This document shows, piece after piece, positions 17,811-25,812 of a stretch of DNA of 64,000 nucleotides. The position numbers and the translations under genes were made by a program. The stretch covers positions 2,666-66,665 of the forward strand of contig JAGHUS010000163.1 of NCBI GenBank assembly GCA_018064685.1, given 5' to 3'. Below the pieces are notes generated by a model that made no database searches, had not been told where the DNA came from, and saw only the letters and a program-made list of their open reading frames with translations. Each line of letters begins with the position of its first letter. The first letter of the stretch is position 1. This stretch comes from Bacteroidales bacterium. Its GTDB lineage: Bacteria; Bacteroidota; Bacteroidia; Bacteroidales; Bacteroidaceae.

Positions 17811-18278
17811 CTATAGCAACATACTGAGGATGGCTGGCGGAACGGGTCCATCGACAGTGTAGAGGATGCTGCTGCTGTAGGTGGAGTTGCCCTGATAGAG
17901 GTGCTTGCCGTCCCAGGTGACTAGGATGTTGCTGCTGTAAGTGGAGTTACCCTGATAGAAGTGCTTGCCGTCCCACGTCAGCATGATGTTACTGCTGTAG
18001 GTGGAGTTACCCTGGTAGACATGCTTGCCGTCCCAGGTGTAGAGGATGTTACTGCTATAGGTAGAGTTGCCCTGATAGATGCGGCGTCCATCCCAAGTAA
18101 GGATGATGTTACTGCTATACGTGGAGTTGCCCTGGTACAGATGCTTGCCGTCCCAAGTATACAGGATGTTACTGCTATAGGTACTATTACCTTTATAAAT
18201 ATGTACACCCTTTGCCATGCCGACCACCGAAATGATAAGCATGACAAAGAGTGTTAAGACACGAGTTGAAAAGTTCAT
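17811..18278 (-). CDS. Secreted protein made of six tandem 20-aa repeats (xYQGNSTYSSNILYTWDGKH)
   Basis: ATG 18278, 3 nt after the stop of the upstream esterase gene; signal peptide MNFSTRVLTLFVMLIISVVGMA; six 60-nt units. Confidence 0.75.
   Translation of the reverse strand: MNFSTRVLTLFVMLIISVVGMAKGVHIYKGNSTYSSNILYTWDGKHLYQGNSTYSSNIILTWDGRRIYQGNSTYSSNILYTWDGKHVYQGNSTYSSNIMLTWDGKHFYQGNSTYSSNILVTWDGKHLYQGNSTYSSSILYTVDGPVPPAILSMLL
17841..18200 (-). repeat. Six 60-bp in-frame tandem repeats inside CDS 17811-18278
   Basis: Protein repeats IYKGNSTYSSNILYTWDGKH / LYQGNSTYSSNIILTWDGRR / ... / LYQGNSTYSSSILYTVDGPV. Confidence 0.9.
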
Positions 18279-18281
18279 TGA

Positions 18282-19277
<996 letters not shown>

Positions 19278-19320
19278 TTATAGGTTAAATCGTTGTAAGT
19301 TTTGGTTAAAATTGCAATTT

Positions 19321-19410
19321 ATCAAGCTATCGAGGCATCAAGCTAACAAGCATCGAGCCATCGAATTATCGGATAATCGAGATTTCGAGCTACCGAGCCA
19401 TCGAGCCATC
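19321..19410. repeat. ATCGAGCC/ATCAAGCT word stutter ending 5 nt from a stop codon
   Basis: atcaagctatcgaggcatcaagctaacaagcatcgagccatcgaatt..cgagctaccgagccatcgagccatc. Confidence 0.8.
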
Positions 19411-19414
19411 TTTA

Positions 19415-19912
19415 TTAGAATAATGTGAGCTGCTCGGGGATGTCAACGTTCTTCTTCTTGCCACGTGGCTTGGGAGCGGGCTTTGCTGCAGCGGGTGCCT
19501 CGGCGGCAGCGGGAGTCTCAGAAGGAGCGGGAGTCTCAGAAGGAGCGGGAGCTTCTACCACAGGTGCCTCTACTACGGGTGCTTCAGCAGCGGGAGCCTC
19601 GGCTACAGCAGCTGCTTCGGCAGCGGGAGCAACACCAGCGGCATTCAAGCCGGCACGGATGCCTTCGCTTATAATCTGCTGCCAACGGTTGCTGCGGTTG
19701 GTCTTGGCCTGTCCCAGGATGCCAACACGAATGATGTAGCCGTGACGGCGATTCTTATACACATCGCCGGGCTTCAACGACACGTTGCTATGGAAAGAGG
19801 TGTACTTCATGCCCATTCGCTCCTCGCCCATGATGTCGAAGATAGCCTTGGGAGAACCGAAGTAATAATGCTCACCATCGATTTCGAGATGGAAAACTTT
19901 TGTCTGTGCCAT
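19415..19912 (-). CDS. Hypothetical protein: ~95-aa N-terminal domain, Ala/Pro/Glu-rich linker, basic patch, C-terminal QLTLF
   Basis: ATG 19912; TAA 19415-19417; last residues PKPRGKKKNVDIPEQLTLF; internal 21-nt direct repeats encode APSETPAPSETP. Confidence 0.65.
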   Translation of the reverse strand: MAQTKVFHLEIDGEHYYFGSPKAIFDIMGEERMGMKYTSFHSNVSLKPGDVYKNRRHGYIIRVGILGQAKTNRSNRWQQIISEGIRAGLNAAGVAPAAEAAAVAEAPAAEAPVVEAPVVEAPAPSETPAPSETPAAAEAPAAAKPAPKPRGKKKNVDIPEQLTLF

Positions 19913-20086
19913 AATCTTATATCAGTATTAAATTAATGTTTTTCATTTATGACGTGATGGCTAGCGTCTTTGCATATATATATTATATAATGTATGAAAA
20001 TACACCATTAGCCTTTTTTATGCATCATTTACGTGCAAAGTTAAAAAAAATACTTTGTACAAGCAACAATGAATAGCTTTTTTTTG

Positions 20087-20094
20087 TATTTTTG
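20087..20094 (+). promoter_or_regulatory. -7 box TATTTTTG for the RSH gene
   Basis: Exact TAnnTTTG, 39 nt before ATG 20133. Confidence 0.45.
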
Positions 20095-20132
20095 CTAAAT
20101 AAAACGTGAACAATCTTCAATATATCGGGAAA

Positions 20133-21983
20133 ATGGATGCAATTCAGGAAAAAGTAGAACGAGTGTTTGCGGCCATGAAGGGCCGCACCAGCGAGAAGGA
20201 TATGCAAAGACTGCACGAGGCATTCAACCTGGCCAACGAGGCACACAGCCAGCAACGTCGCAAGAGTGGCGAACCGTATATCATACACCCCATTGCGGTG
20301 GCACTGATAGCGGCCGAGGAGATGCGACTGGATGCCAACTGTGTCATCACGGCTTTCCTGCACGATGTGGTGGAGGATACCGACTACACGCTCGAAGACA
20401 TACGTCTGCGCTTTGGCGACGATGTGGCCTTCCTGGTGGATGTGGTGACGAAGAAGAAGAAAGAACACTACGACACGACCAAGCAGGTAGACAACTACCG
20501 ACAACTGCTCAACTCGCTGCACTATGACATTCGCGCCTTGATGGTGAAGATTGCCGACCGACTGCACAATATGCGCACACTGGAGAGCATGCGCCCCGAC
20601 AAGCAGATGAAGATAGCGGGAGAGACGGATACGTTCTACGCTCCGCTGGCCAACCGTCTGGGACTGATAGACGTGAAGAGCGACCTGGAGAACCTCTCGT
20701 TCAAGTATCGTTGCGAATTGGAATACAACGACTTGGAGAGATGGATTGAGGAGGACGCCGAGAGGAATGAGGACCGTCTGAAGGCTTTCACCAACCGCAT
20801 AGAGTATGTACTGCAGAATGCGGGCATCGAGGCTAAGGCCGAAATATACTACCGCCGCCCCTACTCCATCTGGCGCAGAATGCAGCAGGACGAGGTGGAC
20901 TTCAACCACGTCGAGAACCGCTACTACGTGCGTATCACCTACACGAAGTGCCGATTCCCGATGAGCGAGAAGTCGGCTTGCATCAAGATTTACTCGGTAC
21001 TGACGGATTACTTCAAGGAGAAGCCGGGCACATTCCAGAACCTCATCGACCAGGCAAAGGAGAATTCATACCGCTGTCTGCGACTGATGCTGCTGAGCCA
21101 GACGGGCGTGTGGGAGGATGTGCAGATATGCTCGACACGCATGGTGGAGACGAGCAAGGTGGGATGCATGGCCGAGATAGGCGACAACATCGGTGCATGG
21201 ATAAAGCGTTTCCGCAACGTGCTGCAGGACATCGCCAAGCAACGACAGGACGACAAGCTGCTAGAGGAGATATCGGCCTCACTCTATTACGACGACGTGA
21301 TGGTGTTCACCCCCAACGGGCGCAGCATCATCATGCCAAAGGGCAGCACGGCCATCGACTTCGCCTTCAAACTGGGAGTCGAAACGGGTTTGCACGCACG
21401 CTATGCACACATCAACGGCAAACTGTCGAGCATAAAGACGGAACTGAAGCGTGGCGACTGCGTAGAGATACACACCGACTTCAACTCGCACCCACATGCC
21501 GAATGGATGGATCACGTGTGTACGTACTTTGCCAAGAGCGAGATAAGACACTGGCTGGAACGACAGCAGAACAGCAATACAAAACGATGCCCCCTGTGTC
21601 TGCCACTACCGGGAGGCGACCTCATCGGCATCGAAGATGACGAGCATCACATCACCATCCACCGCCGCAGCTGCCGTCAAGCCATACTGCTGGCGTCGAA
21701 ATACGGCGACAACGTGAAGCCTGCCAACCTGCCCGAGGATCCTAACATCGTATATCCCATCACCTTCCAGATCAGGGCTATAGACCGTTATCACCTGTTG
21801 GTGGACACCATCGACCACATCACCAACGTGCTGAACCTGAACATCGACTCGCTCACCACCACCACCATCGACGACATCGTGGACATGCGCATCACATTCT
21901 TCGTACACTCGGTGGGCGAGATGATACGAGCCAAAGAGCATATCTACAACATTCGTGGAGTAGACGAGGTGAGACAGGCGTAA
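20133..21983 (+). CDS. Long RelA/SpoT homologue (HD hydrolase - synthetase-like - TGS - Zn-finger/ACT-like)
   Basis: Track start 20106 is GTG, ATG at 20133, and the -7 box is at 20087-20094. HD motifs HPIAVA, LHDVVEDT, ADRLHNMRTL; YSIWRRM; TGS FTPNGRSIIMPKGSTAIDFAF; CPLCLPLPGGDLIG. Confidence 0.85.
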   Translation: MDAIQEKVERVFAAMKGRTSEKDMQRLHEAFNLANEAHSQQRRKSGEPYIIHPIAVALIAAEEMRLDANCVITAFLHDVVEDTDYTLEDIRLRFGDDVAFLVDVVTKKKKEHYDTTKQVDNYRQLLNSLHYDIRALMVKIADRLHNMRTLESMRPDKQMKIAGETDTFYAPLANRLGLIDVKSDLENLSFKYRCELEYNDLERWIEEDAERNEDRLKAFTNRIEYVLQNAGIEAKAEIYYRRPYSIWRRMQQDEVDFNHVENRYYVRITYTKCRFPMSEKSACIKIYSVLTDYFKEKPGTFQNLIDQAKENSYRCLRLMLLSQTGVWEDVQICSTRMVETSKVGCMAEIGDNIGAWIKRFRNVLQDIAKQRQDDKLLEEISASLYYDDVMVFTPNGRSIIMPKGSTAIDFAFKLGVETGLHARYAHINGKLSSIKTELKRGDCVEIHTDFNSHPHAEWMDHVCTYFAKSEIRHWLERQQNSNTKRCPLCLPLPGGDLIGIEDDEHHITIHRRSCRQAILLASKYGDNVKPANLPEDPNIVYPITFQIRAIDRYHLLVDTIDHITNVLNLNIDSLTTTTIDDIVDMRITFFVHSVGEMIRAKEHIYNIRGVDEVRQA

Positions 21984-22034
21984 AGACAAAATCTAGGAGT
22001 TAAGGAAATTGAATCGATATAGCTTATCATGGTA

Positions 22035-22064
22035 TAAAAAAAGAAGGTTGTCATCACGACAACC
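22035..22064 (-). terminator. Intrinsic terminator oriented on the minus strand, with no annotated gene upstream
   Basis: GGTTGTC-GTGAT-GACAACC hairpin (22046-22064) followed on the minus strand by TTCTTTTTTTATA; on the plus strand it is preceded by an A-run rather than followed by a T-run. Confidence 0.55.
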
Positions 22065-22104
22065 CAACTTTCGTTAACCTTAAATCTAATACCATGAAAA
22101 ACAC
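22035..22104 (-). ncRNA. Candidate ~70-nt small RNA (promoter box to terminator), unverified
   Basis: Exact TACTTTTG -7 box on the minus strand at 22109-22116, about 45 nt upstream of minus-strand terminator 22035-22064; only a 13-codon ORF inside. Confidence 0.25.
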
Positions 22105-22416
22105 GATGCAAAAGTACTGCTTTTTTGATAATTGGCAAGCGAAAGTTAATAAAATAAACTTCAAATTGCCTTTTAATTGATTTATATCAAGAGAGACAGT
22201 CGGTAAAAACCAAAATCAAGGCTTTTTACGGGTGCGTTGCTCTTTAGCGGATTTTCTCAGCAGTCTGGTTTCCCACGCTATCAGCCTCGAATTTATTCGC
22301 AAATTCCTCTTATGTGGTTTTCATTATTACAGGTCGAAATCATTTCGGCTTGTCGCCCTTGCGTTCAATTCTCAGTGATGCCAAAACAGAAAATCATTGC
22401 CTAAATGAAAGCCATT

Positions 22417-22533
22417 GCTGCGACTTCAGATGAATAGCGTAGCGACAATTACAGAAAAACGCTGCGACAATTAGATAAAACCGTAGCGATAATTATTATA
22501 AAACCGCTGCGACAATTAGATAAAACCGTAGCG
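22417..22533. repeat. ~22-23-bp alternating tandem units (GCTGCGACAATTAGATAAAACC / GTAGCGATAATTATTATAAAACC)
   Basis: 22461-22482 and 22506-22527 are identical 22-mers; flanking units are diverged. Confidence 0.9.
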
Positions 22534-22548
22534 TGTTTTCATTGCACG

Positions 22549-22724
22549 GCAGCTGTTAAACACGTGTTTAGCAACTGTTAAACACACGTTTAGCAGCTGT
22601 TAAACGCACGTTTAGCAGCTGCTAAACGCGTGTACGGCAGCTGCTAAACGCGTGTACGGCAAATGATAAACGTGTGTACGGCAAATGATAAACGCATGTA
22701 CGGCAGATGTTAAAAGTGGAAAAT
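22549..22724. repeat. Eight exact-period 22-bp tandem units with a palindromic core, drifting along the array
   Basis: Units start every 22 nt from 22549: GCAGCTGTTAAACACGTGTTTA, GCAACTGTTAAACACACGTTTA, GCAGCTGTTAAACGCACGTTTA, GCAGCTGCTAAACGCGTGTACG x2, GCAAATGATAAACGTGTGTACG, GCAAATGATAAACGCATGTACG, decayed last unit. Confidence 0.9.
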
Positions 22725-22759
22725 ACACAAAAAGACTAGTACACCGCAGATACAGCGAC

Positions 22760-22787
22760 CCCCGAATGTCGTACTTGACATCCGGGG
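22760..22787. terminator. Hairpin downstream of OMP gene 22836-23681 (possible terminator; no clear U-tract on the minus strand)
   Basis: CCCCGAATGTC-GTACTT-GACATCCGGGG, 11-bp stem with one mismatch. Confidence 0.4.
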
Positions 22788-22835
22788 TTCGCGTTATATT
22801 TATAGTGCTTCCAATGGGTGAAAGCTGCAGATCGA

Positions 22836-23681
22836 TTAGAAGATTCTGCCGAAGATAGAGAACTTGAGAGTGGGATAAACGGGAATCTTACCCACAGTCT
22901 TTATAACATCCTGGAAATCCTTTGAGATGCCGGGCTCGTCCTTGGTGATGACATGACCCTTACCATCGTTGGCATACTTGTCGATAATCTCGGGCTTGCC
23001 CCAGAACTCAACACCTACATCCAACTTGCAACCTACGCGCTTGCGGGGAACAGTGCGACCCACGCCAAAGCCGATATAGGGACGGAAACCGTTGATCTTC
23101 ACATCGAGCTGAGCACGACCCTTGTTGGGAGTGAGGTTGTAACCCTCGAGGTCGATGTTGATACCATTCTCGTAACCGGGCTCGGGAAGGATGTAACCGT
23201 TCTTGATATCCGAGTTATAGAGCTCGACAGCAGCAATGGTCTTGTCGACAGCCTTGACAGAAGCGAAACGAGAGCTACCGAAATAGGCACCGACGGTGAA
23301 GTGGAACATGCTGTTCTTACCGGTATAGATGTCGAACAGCACCTTACCCTGATTAAAGTTGGGCTTACCCTTCACATCAATCTCAGCACCGTACTCGGGG
23401 ATATTGACGTAACGCTCTTCGAGCAACTGAGGAGTAACATTGTTGAGCACTGCGGGACGGTCGTACTTAAGGGTGTTCTTGACAGTGAACTTAGGCATGA
23501 AGTCGGCACCTACACGCATCGTCACGAAAGGACAAACGGTGGTTCCCACCTCGAAACCAATAGCACTGGTACCCACATTGAGACCAACTGAGAGATGGTT
23601 GAAAACGTTCTTGTCGTCTTCAATCTGCGCCTGAGCTGCCACACTGGCAGTAAGTGCAAGAGCAATAAACAGTTTTCTCAT
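22836..23681 (-). CDS. Outer-membrane beta-barrel protein (porin/OmpA-like barrel family)
   Basis: Start moved to ATG 23681, giving signal MRKLFIALALTASVAAQAQ; alternating beta-strand pattern; C-terminal ..KFSIFGRIF. Confidence 0.75.
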   Translation of the reverse strand: MRKLFIALALTASVAAQAQIEDDKNVFNHLSVGLNVGTSAIGFEVGTTVCPFVTMRVGADFMPKFTVKNTLKYDRPAVLNNVTPQLLEERYVNIPEYGAEIDVKGKPNFNQGKVLFDIYTGKNSMFHFTVGAYFGSSRFASVKAVDKTIAAVELYNSDIKNGYILPEPGYENGINIDLEGYNLTPNKGRAQLDVKINGFRPYIGFGVGRTVPRKRVGCKLDVGVEFWGKPEIIDKYANDGKGHVITKDEPGISKDFQDVIKTVGKIPVYPTLKFSIFGRIF

Positions 23682-23805
23682 ACTTAAAAAGTGTTTTATG
23701 CAAAAGTTTCCCAAGCCCGACATCTTATCGAAAGGTGGAGCTTGAGAAACTTTTCTATTTAATTAATAATGTATCGTCAAAACGTATTTTGTACAGGTAC
23801 AAGGA

Positions 23806-24744
23806 TTAGTCGTTCAGGTTGCAAACGAGACGGCCAGTCAAGGTGTGAACACCAAGACCACCAACACCCTCCATGTTAGCAGTGATTACGAAGTAAGCCT
23901 TGTTGGGAGTACCCTTCTGGAAACGAGCGGTAAGAGCTACGTCCTTGCCATCGATAACAGTGCTCAACTCACCATTAGCCTGGTTGGTCCACTTCCAGGT
24001 TGACTCCTCAACCTTGCCGTTGGTATAGACAACGTAAACAACATTGTTAGTCAAGAAAGTAACTGACTCGATGTCGCTGCTCAGGATCTTGAAACCATCG
24101 TCATAGAGCTTGCTGTCCTTAGCGATGAGCTTGTCCATAACACTCTTGGCCAGAACCTTGATCTCCTTAACTTCCTTCTGCTCAGCAGCCTGAACGCCAT
24201 AGATGGGGAGCTTGTCGAACCATACACCAGCGGTGTAACCGGGGTTCTTCCAAGTACGGCAGATGCTAACCTCGTTGGGAGTAGCAGCAGCGGGAGCCTT
24301 TGCGAGCTCGGCCTTGAAAGGATCGTCGTTGATGAGAATGTCGGCAGCATCATCCAAAGAAACGGTGATGTTGGCTTCCAACTCGGGGCAAGAGATAACG
24401 ATCTTGTCGCCTTCGAGCTTGTACTGGCAAACGAATACGTTCTCGCCGTCAACTACAGCCTTGGTCTCAGACTTGTATACGATAGCCTTAGTATCGTCAA
24501 CAACAATCTTGGTAATGGCTGCCTTAGCATCCTTAATGCTTACAGTGAAAGCACCATCGGGCAATACACTAACAAGCTTAGCCAGCTCTACAGCAGGATA
24601 CTTCTCAACCACGTCAGCGATAGTAGCCTTAATCGTTGGATCAAGAACGATACCGTTGTCATCGTCATCGCTACCACAAGAGGTCATACCGAAACTCAAA
24701 GTTACTGCCATCAGAGCAGCACCGAAAAATCTTAAAGTTTTCAT
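23806..24744 (-). CDS. Hypothetical lipoprotein
   Basis: Start moved to ATG 24744 (MKTLRFFGAALMAVTLSFGMTSC lipobox); no catalytic motif recognised. Confidence 0.7.
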   Translation of the reverse strand: MKTLRFFGAALMAVTLSFGMTSCGSDDDDNGIVLDPTIKATIADVVEKYPAVELAKLVSVLPDGAFTVSIKDAKAAITKIVVDDTKAIVYKSETKAVVDGENVFVCQYKLEGDKIVISCPELEANITVSLDDAADILINDDPFKAELAKAPAAATPNEVSICRTWKNPGYTAGVWFDKLPIYGVQAAEQKEVKEIKVLAKSVMDKLIAKDSKLYDDGFKILSSDIESVTFLTNNVVYVVYTNGKVEESTWKWTNQANGELSTVIDGKDVALTARFQKGTPNKAYFVITANMEGVGGLGVHTLTGRLVCNLND

Positions 24745-24933
24745 AAGCTTTATTAAATTAAATAATGTATAATTTGGTTTTCTTTCTATCCGATAAGTGT
24801 TTCTTATCATTTTTCAAGTGCAAATATAATCAGTTTTTTTTAATAATAATTGCACTACGTGCGCAAAAATATGTATTTTTGTAAAAAACGTGCTTTTTTG
24901 ACACTCTAGAGACGTATTTTTGTATTTTGTGAC

Positions 24934-24941
24934 TATCTTTG
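24934..24941 (+). promoter_or_regulatory. -7 box TATCTTTG for trmH-like gene (a second match TATTTTTG at 24915-24922)
   Basis: Exact TAnnTTTG, 27 nt before ATG 24968. Confidence 0.5.
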
Positions 24942-24967
24942 CTACCAAAAATACAAATCCAGCACAC

Positions 24968-25768
24968 ATGATTAAGGAAATAACCACACTGGACGAACCA
25001 GGAGTTGAAGTGTTTGGCACTCTGACCGAGGCACAGCTGCGCAATCGTCTGGAACCCGAGAAAGGAATCTTCATTGCCGAGAGTCCGAAAGTGATAAAGG
25101 TGGCATTGGATGCCGGATACACTCCCATCTCGCTGCTGTGCGAGGCGCGCCATATCGAGGGCGATGCCAAAGAGATAATAGAGCGATGTGGCGACATACC
25201 CGTATACACCGGCAGCCGTAAGTTGCTGGAGAAGCTGACCGGCTACACGCTGACACGTGGCGTGCTGTGTGCCATGCGCCGACCTCATCCCAAAACTGTG
25301 GAGGAGGTGTGCGAAGGTGCAAGCCGAGTGGTGGTGATAGACGGAGTAGTGGATTCCACCAACATAGGAGCCATCTTCCGTTCGGCTGCAGCACTGGGTA
25401 TCGACAGTGTGCTTGTGACGCAGACATCGTGCGACCCGCTGAACCGCCGTGCCGTGCGCGTGTCGATGGGCAGCGTATTCCTTGTGCCCTGGACACGACT
25501 AGAGGCGCCTATCTCGTCGCTCAAGTCATTAGGTTTCAAGACCGTAGCCATGGCGTTGCGCGACAATTCGGTGATGCTGGACGACCCCACCCTACAGGCA
25601 GAGCCGCGACTGGCCATCGTGATGGGCAACGAGGGCGACGGATTGCCCAATGAAACCATCGATGATGCCGACTATGTGGTATGCATTCCCATGAAGCATA
25701 ATGTCGATTCGCTCAATGTGGCAGCCGCATCTGCCGTCGCCTTCTGGGCACTGAGGGATGGTAAGTGA
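24968..25768 (+). CDS. TrmH/SpoU-family RNA 2'-O-methyltransferase
   Basis: Track start is TTG, ATG at 24968, 27 nt after TATCTTTG box. SpoU motifs VVIDGVVDSTNIGAIFRSAAA, IVMGNEGDGL, IPMKHNVDSLNVAAASAVAFW. Confidence 0.85.
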   Translation: MIKEITTLDEPGVEVFGTLTEAQLRNRLEPEKGIFIAESPKVIKVALDAGYTPISLLCEARHIEGDAKEIIERCGDIPVYTGSRKLLEKLTGYTLTRGVLCAMRRPHPKTVEEVCEGASRVVVIDGVVDSTNIGAIFRSAAALGIDSVLVTQTSCDPLNRRAVRVSMGSVFLVPWTRLEAPISSLKSLGFKTVAMALRDNSVMLDDPTLQAEPRLAIVMGNEGDGLPNETIDDADYVVCIPMKHNVDSLNVAAASAVAFWALRDGK

Positions 25769-25812
25769 CTGCTTGAACCTATCCTTTCACCATTACCAAT
25801 AAATAACTGACA

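Noticed and set aside
19425-19739. 104-aa plus-strand ORF (Ala/Gly/Ser-rich)
   Set aside because: It is the antisense shadow of the Ala/Pro/Glu-rich linker of gene 19415-19912.
19962-19975. The 14-mer TAGCGTCTTTGCAT is shared with 62925-62938
   Set aside because: A single 14-nt match between two spacers is within chance expectation for a 64-kb window searched on both strands. There is no flanking similarity.
21944-22138. 64-aa minus-strand ORF overlapping the RSH 3' end
   Set aside because: It starts upstream of the predicted minus-strand -7 box, reads through an intrinsic terminator hairpin and has hydrophobic low-complexity composition. It is unlikely to be coding.
22417-22724. Possible CRISPR array
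   Set aside because: The units are contiguous 22-bp repeats with no unique spacers, they drift in sequence, and no cas genes or leader are present.
22417-22724. Replication origin or plasmid iteron region
   Set aside because: No DnaA-box cluster was seen; the only TTATCCAC-like site noticed is a single one near 41777. There is no rep, par or dnaA gene nearby and no AT-rich unwinding element adjacent. I kept it only as an analogy in the finding.
24814-25288. Two minus-strand ORFs (131 and 152 aa) over the trmH promoter and 5' region
   Set aside because: They overlap the well-supported SpoU-type methyltransferase gene and its promoter boxes, and no motifs were seen.
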